A stretch of 64,000 nucleotides of DNA. Origin: a virus. The notes beneath the pieces were generated by a model. It had not been told where the DNA came from, did no database searches, and worked only from the letters and a program-made list of their open reading frames with translations. This document shows, in pieces, positions 33,970 to 43,772 of this stretch (positions are counted from its first letter, which is position 1; every line of letters starts with the position of its first letter). Location: the UHGV virus genome UHGV-0371537. One strand, 5' to 3'. The position numbers and the translations under genes were made by a program.

Positions 33970-34632
33970 ATGGAAAAACTTTATTCTATTATCGTCGGTC
34001 CTGATCCCGACGGATTATTCTTCGCCCCGTTGTCCTATGTCGCCCACGCCCGTATCGGCAGTCATTACGCGTATTGCACACATGGTCACGACGGTTCCAA
34101 TGTGCTCCATTATAGTCGCCTGAACGATTTCCTGGCACTTCAACCAGAAGACGTTGTGCTGGCGCGTCGCGTGTTCATTGATTTCAACGCGATGCACAAC
34201 AACGAAATCGACGCTCGCTACCATGCCATGCGTTCTATGGAAGGGCGAGACTGCATTTATCGTATCGACCATTTTGGTGAGTTTACCCAATCGATCGATT
34301 GGTTCGTTTCGGACAAGACATTGGGCGAAAGAATTGTCACGACTCCGTGGGTGCATGCGGAACAACTTCGTGTGTCTACCGATGCGTACAAAGAAGTCGA
34401 CAATCTGTGCAACAAGTTCCGCATCTCGGTGACCTGTAATCAAGACCTGGGAGAAGAGATCCAATGGACAGCTGAGTCTCCTCATTTCAGTGACCTGGTG
34501 ATGACAGCAGAAACCCGTTCCCGCGCTGTCGTTCAGTTGGTTCTATGGGCGTTCTACCAGCGCACCCCGTTCTCCTACATGGGGCAGAAAGCGATTGACG
34601 AACTCCTGAAGTCTCACGCGGTGGAGGTATAA
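33970..34632 (+). CDS. hypothetical protein
   Basis: 220 aa; GAGACTATATC-ATG initiation context identical to gene at 30598. Confidence 0.5.
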   Translation: MEKLYSIIVGPDPDGLFFAPLSYVAHARIGSHYAYCTHGHDGSNVLHYSRLNDFLALQPEDVVLARRVFIDFNAMHNNEIDARYHAMRSMEGRDCIYRIDHFGEFTQSIDWFVSDKTLGERIVTTPWVHAEQLRVSTDAYKEVDNLCNKFRISVTCNQDLGEEIQWTAESPHFSDLVMTAETRSRAVVQLVLWAFYQRTPFSYMGQKAIDELLKSHAVEV

Positions 34633-34633
34633 C

Positions 34634-34921
34634 ATGGCTGGCGTATGGTGTGATGTCTTGCTGGTTCGATACAGCGTAAATGGGTGCGCCCAAGTGCGTT
34701 CCACCTTCTATCCGGTTCCATTCTCTTCCGGCGGCCTGACAATTCAAAGAGTTCTCGACATAGAGTCAGAACTGAACAAACGATCTTGGGGTGTGCGTGG
34801 TGTACAAGTCCTGGGGTACGATCTTCTGAATGAAATGATGGTTGAAGAAGACAAAGTTGAGACTGTCATTGGTCGCCCGGAGATGGAATTGTTAATCTCC
34901 AAATCGGAGGTCAAATCATGA
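34634..34921 (+). CDS. hypothetical protein
   Basis: 95 aa, GGAGGT RBS. Confidence 0.4.
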   Translation: MAGVWCDVLLVRYSVNGCAQVRSTFYPVPFSSGGLTIQRVLDIESELNKRSWGVRGVQVLGYDLLNEMMVEEDKVETVIGRPEMELLISKSEVKS

Positions 34922-35166
34922 GTCCCAACATGGCAATAATCTGGGTTGGTGAATCGTCAATACGTTGTCTTCACAAGACGATCACCTTCTTGGATGATGA
35001 GCGCCTGGCCGAACAACGGGTTGAAGTCCGCGAAATGCAGGTTTCTTCAAAGGCGGTGAACGTTCCTGTGTCTAATGTTCAGACTTTTAAGCCTTGCGTC
35101 AGAGTGATTTGTGAACGCTGTGGATGTTATGGCACGATGACGACTGAAGACGTGGCGAAAGGCTAA
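34918..35166 (+). CDS. hypothetical protein with C-terminal CxxC pair
   Basis: 82 aa, GGAGG RBS, ATGA overlap; CERCGC motif. Confidence 0.4.
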   Translation: MSPNMAIIWVGESSIRCLHKTITFLDDERLAEQRVEVREMQVSSKAVNVPVSNVQTFKPCVRVICERCGCYGTMTTEDVAKG

Positions 35167-35259
35167 TAATTTCGCTTTATTCAATATGTTTTGTTAGGTA
35201 AGCTGTAGTCCTCTTGTAGTGAACATGAAAGTAAACATTAACCCAACGGAGAAATCCAG

Positions 35260-35538
35260 ATGAATCGTACTGAATTTGTTGCCCACATTGCTTCGACCCA
35301 GAACATCACCAAAGGCGAAGCGGAGAAAGTAGTGGCATCCTTTATCGACGGCGTTAAAACTGCAGTTGCTGCAGGTGCGTCTGTACAGCTGGTCGGCTTC
35401 GGCGCGTTCGAAGTTAAAGCGCAAGAAGCGCGTGAAGGTCGCAACCCTCTGAACGGCCAGACCATTCAGATCGCGGCGAAAAACGTTGTGAAATTCAAAG
35501 TGGGCGAAGGTCTGAAGAACGCTGCCAACGGCAAGTAA
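35260..35538 (+). CDS. HU/IHF-like histone-like DNA-binding protein
   Basis: GFGAFEVKAQEAREGRNPLNGQTIQIAAKNVVKFKVGEGLK matches the HU family arm; GGAG RBS; terminator follows. Confidence 0.8.
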   Translation: MNRTEFVAHIASTQNITKGEAEKVVASFIDGVKTAVAAGASVQLVGFGAFEVKAQEAREGRNPLNGQTIQIAAKNVVKFKVGEGLKNAANGK

Positions 35539-35590
35539 TTCTATCTGACGCGCGGCCTGGCTCTGCGACGCAGGGTATGGCAAAAGAGAA

Positions 35591-35619
35591 AGCCGGGGCA
35601 AACGCTCCGGCTTTTTCGT
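35591..35619 (+). terminator. rho-independent terminator after HU-like gene
   Basis: AGCCGG-(10-nt loop)-CCGGCT then TTTTCGTT. Confidence 0.6.
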
Positions 35620-35666
35620 TCCTGGGAATCGGTTAAACTAAAGGCGAATCCCATAGGAGGAAGCAA

Positions 35667-37385
35667 GTGACAGCATTCAATCAATATACCAAGGCGCTTG
35701 ATGGCGTCGGACCAGTTAGCATAGACCGCATCAAGTCTCTTGCCACTGAGTTCTTCCCATACGACACCGCCAACCCCGGCCAGATGGAGTGCATCGTTGA
35801 AGCCGTTGATGCCCTTGTGAATAAGAAATTCAAACACGTGATCATCGAGGCTCCAACTGGTGTGGGCAAATCCCTCATTGGCACGACCATCCATAACGTG
35901 CTTCGCCATCTGGTTCTTGAGCGCAACCCATATGGTCAGTTCCGCACGTCTATCACGACGCCGACCAAAGGGCTACAGGATCAGTATGCGGCGGAGAAAG
36001 CCGTGGCGATAGACATCCTGAAGGGTAAGAAAAACTATCGTTGCCATATCAGTCCCGACCTGTACTACAACGCCATTCAGTGTCGTATGGCATGCCGTGA
36101 CGGCCACTGTAGTAAGAATCGTTGCCCATATGTTCAGGCTCGTCGTCTTTGGACGGATATCTCCTCCCTGCGCTGCACCAACGCCGCCATGATGGTGGAG
36201 ATGTGCACGACGATCTGTATGAAGCCCGAAAACCGCGCCGATATGCTGATCCTTGACGAGTGCCATAAGATGCCCTCTACGCTCCTAGAGCACACGATCA
36301 TGGAATACAGTATAAATGCTGTAAGAGGGTTGCTTACAATCCCCGAGGGAGTGCCTATCGTGGAGACCATCACGGATATCATCAGGCGCACAGAAAACTA
36401 TGAGCTGGGCAAGCTGTACTCACTAACAGGTGAGATGCATGCGATCTTTGACGACCTGCATGACAAGGTTGAAGCCCTCTTAGAAACCCTTGAGGAACTG
36501 GTAGAAGACGAGCGCCTGACGGAAGCTCAGGTGATGAAGCTGTCTGACATCATTGACACCCTTCACAACCTCAGCGACTACTGTGGCATCATGGGTCAGA
36601 CCAACGCCAGCACCTTCATCGTTCAGGAAAAAGACAAGGGTATGATCCAGTTCAAGCCTGTCATCGCATCTGATGTGTCTCAGTTCGGCCTGTTCCGCAA
36701 GGGCGATTACCATGTTCACATGTCAGCGACCATCTGCGGGATTGAGTCCTATGCTCGTTCTCTGGGTATCCGTGAGGGCGAATATCACAAGATTCAAATC
36801 GGCAACCCCATCCCGATTGAGAATCGTAAGGTCAACTACATGCCCGTCATGAAGATGTCGGCCAACATGGGCGACTACGAGATGAAGAAGCTGGCCGAGT
36901 ACGTGGATGAGATCATTGCATTCCATCCAGGACAGTCTGGCATCATTCACACAGTCAGTTATGACCGCGCTCTGGCTCTACAGAAGTTCAGCAAGTACCG
37001 GAATATGATTCACGTTCCTCGTACTCGTAAGGCTCTGATGGATATCATGGAGCAGGCGTTCAGGACGAAGACGCCTTGTGTCATCGCCAGTCCGGCTATG
37101 GAAGAGGGGTATGACTTCAAAGGCGATTACAGCCGCTTCCAGATCCTGATCAAGGTTCCATACGATTACCTTGGTGACCCGCTTGTGGCTCATGTAAACA
37201 GTGTAGACCCTTCGGCATACTTCAGGATGGCGGTACTGCGTATCGTGCAGATGTGCGGGCGCTCGGTCAGGGGTGTGAATGACTGGGCTGCGACATACAT
37301 CCTTGATTCTTCATTTGAATCATTAATGATGCGCAACCCAGAGTTCTTCCCCGCATGGTTCACCGATGCTGTGTTCGAGGTTTAG
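35667..37385 (+). CDS. DinG/XPD-like SF2 DNA helicase with Fe-S cluster domain
   Basis: Walker A EAPTGVGKS, DEAH-type LILDECHK, four-Cys cluster CHISPD...CRMACRDGHCSKNRCPY; GTG start with AGGAGG RBS. Confidence 0.7.
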   Translation: MTAFNQYTKALDGVGPVSIDRIKSLATEFFPYDTANPGQMECIVEAVDALVNKKFKHVIIEAPTGVGKSLIGTTIHNVLRHLVLERNPYGQFRTSITTPTKGLQDQYAAEKAVAIDILKGKKNYRCHISPDLYYNAIQCRMACRDGHCSKNRCPYVQARRLWTDISSLRCTNAAMMVEMCTTICMKPENRADMLILDECHKMPSTLLEHTIMEYSINAVRGLLTIPEGVPIVETITDIIRRTENYELGKLYSLTGEMHAIFDDLHDKVEALLETLEELVEDERLTEAQVMKLSDIIDTLHNLSDYCGIMGQTNASTFIVQEKDKGMIQFKPVIASDVSQFGLFRKGDYHVHMSATICGIESYARSLGIREGEYHKIQIGNPIPIENRKVNYMPVMKMSANMGDYEMKKLAEYVDEIIAFHPGQSGIIHTVSYDRALALQKFSKYRNMIHVPRTRKALMDIMEQAFRTKTPCVIASPAMEEGYDFKGDYSRFQILIKVPYDYLGDPLVAHVNSVDPSAYFRMAVLRIVQMCGRSVRGVNDWAATYILDSSFESLMMRNPEFFPAWFTDAVFEV

Positions 37386-38149
37386 TAACCCGCCACGAAG
37401 GACAGATGGCATTTGACATTAGGTTCCAATGATGTCACTGAAATTGTCATGCTGTCCGAATCTTGGCTGAAACTAATGTTGGCGAGAGGTTTGGTCTGTA
37501 TGTGATTGTAGATGCTGTAGAACAGATCCTCGCCACGATACCCGACCTTGCCATCGGTGTCCTGCCAATGCCCCAGGGTTTCATCGTATACATGCACACG
37601 AAACTCGATCATGTGGAAGAGTGCCTTGGGGATGTCTTTGAGTATACTGGTGCCAACCACCGGAATCTCAATAGCTGAATCATTAGAATTCCCTTCATAG
37701 ACCGAAGCCCATGCGAAGGTAGGATCACCGCCTGCAACAGGTGTACGCTTCCAGTATTGGAACTCAGGGTTGCCTGAAGTGTTCTTCTGAAGTAGAATGA
37801 CTTCGCCACCTGTGAAGTTCGTGGTGTCAATGTCATCTCTCTCAAGTACATCGGCCGGAGACCCAATAAATTTCCAGCCTTCGCGATCCAGAAGAGACTT
37901 ATAATAGTCGGTGAACACGTTGCTATCGCCAGCGGAGTTGATGGCGTCTTTGAGGCCTTGGCCTGTCACCATCTCATTCAGGCGAAGCCACATGTCCTTG
38001 ACGGCAGACGCAGCTGCGACCTGCCCGACAGTCCCACCTGCAGTGTAATCATAGATGATATCTTCGAACTTGATAGCATCATTGATGGACAAGAGCAGTT
38101 GCTCAATCTGCGGTGCGGTGAGACTGAAACGATATGCGCGGGGTGCCAT
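37382..38149 (-). CDS. hypothetical protein (minus-strand gene between + strand helicase and RNase H)
   Basis: 256 aa from ATG 38149 with AAGAGGA RBS; longer than any + strand ORF here; function unknown. Confidence 0.5.
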   Translation of the reverse strand: MAPRAYRFSLTAPQIEQLLLSINDAIKFEDIIYDYTAGGTVGQVAAASAVKDMWLRLNEMVTGQGLKDAINSAGDSNVFTDYYKSLLDREGWKFIGSPADVLERDDIDTTNFTGGEVILLQKNTSGNPEFQYWKRTPVAGGDPTFAWASVYEGNSNDSAIEIPVVGTSILKDIPKALFHMIEFRVHVYDETLGHWQDTDGKVGYRGEDLFYSIYNHIQTKPLANISFSQDSDSMTISVTSLEPNVKCHLSFVAGY

Positions 38150-38194
38150 AGTTTCATTCCTCTTTCTATAAAACCAGTTTGGGATATTTATATC

Positions 38195-38722
38195 ATGATA
38201 GAAATTTATTCTGACGGGGGTTCTAACCCGAAGACCAACCAGGCCGCAGGCTGGGCATTTGCCATTAAGCCGATGTCGGGTATGCAATGGAAAGTGTTCT
38301 TTGGGCACCTTCCGCCGCCATCGACGAATAATATCGCCGAGTTGTTGGGAGTCACGAACGCATTGAAATTACTGTGGGCATTCTCTAGAAAGGGTGAGCG
38401 CAGCATACCGGACGTCCGCATCTGGTCCGACAGCCAATACACCATCAATAGCGTACTGGAGTGGCGAGCGAAGTGGGAGTATCAGGGGTTCCCGGAAAAG
38501 AACGTTGAACTCATAAAAGATCTGTTCAGGATCTATGATCTCGTTAGTTCAATTTGTGAAGTTGAACTAAAATGGGTCAAAGGTCATGCGGGTGTTGAAG
38601 GTAACGAACTCGCAGACACGTGGGCTACTGCAGCCAAGAATGACAGCAACTTCCTGATTGAGAACGACAAGATCTCTGTGAAGAAAGTTGTTGGATCTTT
38701 TGATGAATTTATCGGTATCTGA
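38195..38722 (+). CDS. rnhA: ribonuclease HI
   Basis: MIEIYSDGGSNP...NNIAEL...IWSDSQY...WVKGHAGVEGNELAD covers the RNase HI catalytic signature; ORF-track start 37958 rejected. Confidence 0.8.
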   Translation: MIEIYSDGGSNPKTNQAAGWAFAIKPMSGMQWKVFFGHLPPPSTNNIAELLGVTNALKLLWAFSRKGERSIPDVRIWSDSQYTINSVLEWRAKWEYQGFPEKNVELIKDLFRIYDLVSSICEVELKWVKGHAGVEGNELADTWATAAKNDSNFLIENDKISVKKVVGSFDEFIGI

Positions 38723-38733
38723 GGGTTCCCACA

Positions 38734-39462
38734 ATGGGTATGAATTATGTTGATCGTGGCGAGAATGTCGTCAAATATTTTACGGACGAAGATAACGAGC
38801 GTGTCATCAGTATCCTTCGTGACTGGATCCCCGCCCGTAAGAAAGCACTGGCCGAAGGAACAAGACTTCCAAAGATCCCCAACTATGTTGCTGTCCAAGT
38901 CCAGCGCATCATCACCAAGATGAGCACCCGCTACAATTATCGTGACTATCCCTTCCGTGAGGACATGGTCTCTGAAGCCGTCGTGAACATCCTTCGTTAC
39001 CTCCACACGTTTGACGTCGGCCATGTGGGCAAGAAAGGCAAAATCAATTTCTTTTCCTGGGTGACCATGTGTGCTGATCGTTCCTTCGCTCGCAAACTGA
39101 ACATTGAAGAAGAACACACTTACATCAAGTTGCGCTCCTTTGAAGAGGCAGGCGGTTTCGCAGGGCTGGCTGATGACCCAGATTTCCAACAAGAGGTCTT
39201 CGTTGATGCTACTGGGATTGGTATGGACTTCCGCGAGCGCATCGGTAACTTCGAAAACAAGAAGGACGCCCAAAGACAGCGGGAACGCGAAAAGGTAGAG
39301 ACCGCCCGAGCCGCTGAATCGAACAAAAAGATAGCGAAAGGCATACTTCAATACATGTCTCAGGGTAAGAATACCCCAACAGCGCAGGCCGAAGACGATT
39401 CAGATCAGGACTTCGGTAATACCCAATTCGATCTGGAAGAAAACGAAGGAGAAACAGAATAA
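38734..39462 (+). CDS. gp55: late-transcription sigma factor (T4 gp55-like)
   Basis: Pattern similarity to recalled T4 gp55 (RYNYRDYPFREDMVSEAVVNILRYLHTFD vs [31 protein letters not shown]); upstream of gp47/gp46 as in T4. Confidence 0.6.
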   Translation: MGMNYVDRGENVVKYFTDEDNERVISILRDWIPARKKALAEGTRLPKIPNYVAVQVQRIITKMSTRYNYRDYPFREDMVSEAVVNILRYLHTFDVGHVGKKGKINFFSWVTMCADRSFARKLNIEEEHTYIKLRSFEEAGGFAGLADDPDFQQEVFVDATGIGMDFRERIGNFENKKDAQRQREREKVETARAAESNKKIAKGILQYMSQGKNTPTAQAEDDSDQDFGNTQFDLEENEGETE

Positions 39463-40577
39463 TGGCGATTGCTAAAATCGGCGATCTGCATATCGGGAGC
39501 CGTAATGGTTCCCGTTACGTTCGCGACTTCATTAAGAACTATCTCATCAATTATTTCATCCCCGAGCTGGTCGCCTCCGACATCTATGAGGTGTGGCAGT
39601 TCGGTGATACGTTTGATGTCCGTAAATTCATGTACGGGCGTGACAAAGACTGGATGAAGGATGAACTCACCCCTGCGTTGAAAGCGGCTGGTATCAAGTG
39701 GAATGGTATCGTGGGCAACCATGACATCACCCTGGAAGAGTCCAACCGCATCAACTGGCCATCCTACCTGAACGAACTCGACCCTGACGTCTACCACTAC
39801 TACAGTGAACCGACCGAAGTGATGATTGAGGGTGTTAAGACCCTGCTACTGCCGTGGATCAACAAGGAGAACTATGATGCGTCTATTAAGGCGATACAAA
39901 ATACAGACGCCAAGTACTGTTTTGCGCATTTGGAGTTGGCAGGGTTCAAAATGTACCAGTCCTCTACTTGTGATCACGGTCAGATCGACGTTACTCTCCT
40001 TTCCAAGTTTGACCGGGTCGATACGGGGCATTTCCATACCCGTTCGATGGAAGGTAACATTCAGTATATTGGGACTCCGTATCACCTGAACTGGGAAGAC
40101 TACAAAGACGGCACCAACCGTGGCTTCTATGTAGACGACATGCGTGGCGGTGAAGTCTTCATCCCTAATGCCGAGCACCAGACGCTGTTCCGCTACGTGG
40201 AATATGACTACACCAAATTGTCCTCCGATGACGAAGGCAATTGGATCGACCCGGAATGGCTGAACACAGGCTTGGGTATTGAAGGACAGATCGTTAAGGT
40301 AATCGTACAGAACCGCGACAACGCCAAGCATTATGAGAAGTTCTGTGATGCGATGAAGCGTTGCAAGTGTATTGACTACAACTTCATCGACCGGACGATT
40401 ACCGTGGCGGCCGAGAAGGTTGAGGTCACCGAAGAGATGGTGGCAACCGATGCGGTGGAAGTCCTGAAGAAGGATATCCGCGCCGGGAACAACATCCAGC
40501 GCCCAGAAAATGTCTGCAAGCTGGCTGAGTACTTCTACAACGCTGCCCAACAACGCCTGAACAAACTGGACGCATAA
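39462..40577 (+). CDS. gp47: recombination nuclease subunit (T4 gp47 / SbcD-Mre11-like)
   Basis: Calcineurin-like phosphoesterase motifs IGDLHIG, QFGDTFDVR, GIVGNHD, GHFH; paired with Rad50-like gene. Confidence 0.8.
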   Translation: MAIAKIGDLHIGSRNGSRYVRDFIKNYLINYFIPELVASDIYEVWQFGDTFDVRKFMYGRDKDWMKDELTPALKAAGIKWNGIVGNHDITLEESNRINWPSYLNELDPDVYHYYSEPTEVMIEGVKTLLLPWINKENYDASIKAIQNTDAKYCFAHLELAGFKMYQSSTCDHGQIDVTLLSKFDRVDTGHFHTRSMEGNIQYIGTPYHLNWEDYKDGTNRGFYVDDMRGGEVFIPNAEHQTLFRYVEYDYTKLSSDDEGNWIDPEWLNTGLGIEGQIVKVIVQNRDNAKHYEKFCDAMKRCKCIDYNFIDRTITVAAEKVEVTEEMVATDAVEVLKKDIRAGNNIQRPENVCKLAEYFYNAAQQRLNKLDA

Positions 40578-40578
40578 C

Positions 40579-42915
40579 ATGACCCAAAGTACAGATATCC
40601 TGGCCAAATTTGGCAATCTTCTGAAGGAAGCTGACACCCCGGTAGAGGTGGAAGTCCCATTCGAAGTGCGTGATAACATTACGCACAAACTGACCTTCCG
40701 CAAAGGCCGCGCCAAGAACTTCCGCTCCATCGGCAATCAGTTCATGGAGATTGATTACCAGCGCAACCCGGCTACCCTCGTCACGTCCGATGACAACGGC
40801 GCGGGTAAATCCACGATGCTGGTGTGGCTGTTGTTCTTCGTATTGTACAACGACACGTACAGCAAGAAGGAGAAGAAGGCAGGTCTGGTGAACTCACAGA
40901 GCCGCAAGGAATGTGTGGGCGAGGTGGAGTTTGCCTGTCGCGGCAGCGAATGGAAGGTTCGCCGTGGCATTAAACCTGACTTTGTTGAAGTCTACCAGAT
41001 GGCGGACGGCAAATGGATGCAGATCGATAATGAAGCAGCCAAGGCCGACATGAACAAGTACATCGTGAACCTCATCGGCGTGGACCAGAAGATGTTTGAG
41101 AACTCTCTGGTTCTGGGTAAAGAGAAGTTCATTCCGTTTACGGAGATGTACACTGCCGACCGCCGCGCCATGGTGGAGACGATTTGGGACTTGGGCTTCT
41201 TCAGCCTGATGAACGAAGATGTCAAGGCCGCCATCAAGAAAGCAAACGAAAAGCTGGACACAATCGCAAATGAATGTGCTTTGAAGGTTGTTGACCACAC
41301 CAACAAGAAGACGCAGCTGCAGCAGATAGAGCAGTCCAATGCCCTTATCCAACAGCAGTCGGCTGATATTCTTGTGCAGCAACAGGAAGCACTGACTTCC
41401 CTGGACGCTGACATCGCCACCCAGAATGAAGAGCGCACCCGCCTCACAGCTGTGGAGTTTGAAGCCACCCAGGAAATGAAGACGGTGGAAAGCCGCCTGC
41501 ATGATGAATCCATGGTTGAGATCGAGGCTGTGAAGAAAGACTTTGAAGCCAAGATCCAAACCGTGAAGAATGCTGCTCAGGACAAGGCTGACGATTATGA
41601 ACGCATCGAAGTGTCTACCGCCGAGCATGATCTTCAGGTCTTGCGTGACCGCGCCTTTACAGTGGCCGAAAGCAAGAACACTCTACTCACCGAGCGCAAT
41701 GCAAACCTGGATGCCCTGAACGCTGCTATCCAACGCCGCCAGCAGGGTGAGAACTTCCGCATCAAGTTCCAGACCGAAATGGACGGACATCAGTCGGCCA
41801 TCAAGCGCTTCCACGACATGGGGACTTGCCCTACCTGTACCCAACTGGTCTCCGATGACACCAAGGCGCGGATTGAGAGTGAGTACAATCCTCAGATCCA
41901 GGAACTGCAGTCGAAGTTAGATCAACTGGACAAAGTTACCGCCGATATCAATGTCCTGATCGATGACCACAAGGCTCAGGACGATAAGTTGGTTGCCGAT
42001 ATTGCTGTGTTGGACGCTGAACTGGATGCAATGCGCAAGCAGGCCGACGAAATCGTTGACAACATCAAACAGCTGCGCCGTGACATTCAGGGGTTCCATG
42101 ACGCCGCCACGATCGAGTGTAACTCTCTGAACCGTGAATGTCAGCAGAAGATCCTTGACATCCGTAAGGCGTTGAACGTTCGTTTTGAAGACATCACTGC
42201 ATCGCTGCAACAGACGCGGGAGAACGCCGTTAGCGGGATTAAAGCCGTCGATGATAAGATCGCCGAGCTGAAAGCCCGTCGTGCTCCTCTCGTGGCGTCG
42301 ATTGCCGATCTGGAGCGTAAACTGTCTATACAGCCGACACCCACAGCCGACCTGGAGAATGCCATCTCCTCGATTGAGGGTGAACTGGAAGATCTATACC
42401 AGCGCCGCGAGGATGCTGACCAGGAACTTCAAGACTTACAGCACCTGTTGTTCTTCCTGAAGGATGACCAGACCAAGGCGCGCATCATCGCCCTGTACCT
42501 GCCATTCCTCAATAGCAAGATCAACGAGTATCTTGAAGCCCTTAACATGTTCCTGGACATCGTTGTTGACGATACCTTTGAGATCACCATGAGTGCAGCA
42601 GGTCGCAAGGGGCAGAGCATCTTTTCCTTGTCTACTGGCCAACGCAGTCGTCTGAACCTGGCTGTGACATTAGCCCTGCGTGATGTGGCTAACCTCAAGG
42701 CATCAGTGCAGTGCAACCTGTTCGTGCTGGATGAAATCCTTGAGAACATGAGCGAGCGCGGGGTGCAGGAATCGGTTGAGATGCTGAAGCATAAGTTCGG
42801 CGGGAACAACCTGTTTGTCATCAGTCAGCGTGAGCAGGAGTTCCAGGAATACTTCCAACACAACATCCGTTATGGCCTGCGAAACGGCCTGACCGAAGTT
42901 ATCAAGAAGGATTGA
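40579..42915 (+). CDS. gp46: recombination ATPase subunit (T4 gp46 / SbcC-Rad50-like)
   Basis: Walker A SDDNGAGKST, long central coiled coil, C-terminal LSTGQRSRL (signature) and FVLDEIL (Walker B). Confidence 0.8.
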   Translation: MTQSTDILAKFGNLLKEADTPVEVEVPFEVRDNITHKLTFRKGRAKNFRSIGNQFMEIDYQRNPATLVTSDDNGAGKSTMLVWLLFFVLYNDTYSKKEKKAGLVNSQSRKECVGEVEFACRGSEWKVRRGIKPDFVEVYQMADGKWMQIDNEAAKADMNKYIVNLIGVDQKMFENSLVLGKEKFIPFTEMYTADRRAMVETIWDLGFFSLMNEDVKAAIKKANEKLDTIANECALKVVDHTNKKTQLQQIEQSNALIQQQSADILVQQQEALTSLDADIATQNEERTRLTAVEFEATQEMKTVESRLHDESMVEIEAVKKDFEAKIQTVKNAAQDKADDYERIEVSTAEHDLQVLRDRAFTVAESKNTLLTERNANLDALNAAIQRRQQGENFRIKFQTEMDGHQSAIKRFHDMGTCPTCTQLVSDDTKARIESEYNPQIQELQSKLDQLDKVTADINVLIDDHKAQDDKLVADIAVLDAELDAMRKQADEIVDNIKQLRRDIQGFHDAATIECNSLNRECQQKILDIRKALNVRFEDITASLQQTRENAVSGIKAVDDKIAELKARRAPLVASIADLERKLSIQPTPTADLENAISSIEGELEDLYQRREDADQELQDLQHLLFFLKDDQTKARIIALYLPFLNSKINEYLEALNMFLDIVVDDTFEITMSAAGRKGQSIFSLSTGQRSRLNLAVTLALRDVANLKASVQCNLFVLDEILENMSERGVQESVEMLKHKFGGNNLFVISQREQEFQEYFQHNIRYGLRNGLTEVIKKD

Positions 42916-42917
42916 TT

Positions 42918-43082
42918 ATGAACTACGAACAAATTAAACTGGCTATTCTGATCTTTGCATGCATCATTGACATCATTGCATTTTCTCGTGAAACCGAAAG
43001 GAAAAACTACCTGAAAGCACTGGGGTATCTCGGGTTCTCTGCCTGGTTCTGTTATCTACTTGCAGGTCAAATCCTGAAATGA
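42918..43082 (+). CDS. small hydrophobic membrane protein
   Basis: 54 aa MNYEQIKLAILIFACIIDIIAF..., AAGAAGG RBS; overlaps next gene by ATGA; not in ORF track. Confidence 0.35.
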   Translation: MNYEQIKLAILIFACIIDIIAFSRETERKNYLKALGYLGFSAWFCYLLAGQILK

Positions 43083-43408
43083 AAGTCGTCCACTTCAAGA
43101 AGGAGCCATATGACGTCTACATCGGGCGTCCCGGGAAATGGGGAAACCCGTTCGAGGTCAAAGACCACGGGCGGGGGAACTGCATCGAGTTGTTTGAAGA
43201 CTACTTGTATGTGCGCCTGATTGAAGGGGATATCACCGAGGATGAACTCCTTGAGCTTGATGGGAAGATCTTGGGGTGTTGGTGTAAGCCGCGCCCCTGT
43301 CACGGAGATGTTTACGTCAAAGTCATTGGTCGTATTAAACTATTCCGCAAGCTGGGTAAATCCTTTACTGAACACCTGAGACAAACATATGTCAGAATCA
43401 AAAGATGA
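43079..43408 (+). CDS. conserved small protein with YIGRPxKWGNPF motif (DUF4326-like)
   Basis: 109 aa; EPYDVYIGRPGKWGNPFEV; domain name recalled from memory, not verified. Confidence 0.45.
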   Translation: MKVVHFKKEPYDVYIGRPGKWGNPFEVKDHGRGNCIELFEDYLYVRLIEGDITEDELLELDGKILGCWCKPRPCHGDVYVKVIGRIKLFRKLGKSFTEHLRQTYVRIKR

Positions 43409-43673
43409 AATCCAAGACTCCTGTGACATTGCGGTTGAAATCTGGAACCGTCGGAACCCGCATTACCAGGTGACCGTCACGCCAAATCGCTACCTTGAGC
43501 AGGGTGGTTTGATTGTTGTTGATGCTGTGGTTGCGTTCAACAAGTACGCCGACATGCAAATCCTGGACGGCAACTTCACTGTCGCGACCAAGACGGCTTG
43601 GGATGACCCGATGGAGTTTGTCTACGGCTGGCTGGAGTGTATCGAAGAATCCTACCACCTCATCTACGAATGA
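43389..43673 (+). CDS. hypothetical protein
   Basis: 94 aa, overlaps upstream gene end. Confidence 0.4.
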   Translation: MSESKDEIQDSCDIAVEIWNRRNPHYQVTVTPNRYLEQGGLIVVDAVVAFNKYADMQILDGNFTVATKTAWDDPMEFVYGWLECIEESYHLIYE

Positions 43674-43772
43674 GGCTGAAGGGCACTAAATATCACGTGC
43701 CCTTTATCTTTTAACCCCTGTCAGGAGGCTCAATCGAGCTGCAAGTCGACAAACCACATAAGGAACGCCATC

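Noticed and set aside
37958-38194. N-terminal extension of the RNase HI ORF (ORF track starts at 37958)
   Set aside because: The extension overlaps the minus-strand gene and lacks an RBS; the RNase HI homology starts at MIEIYSDGG (ATG 38195).
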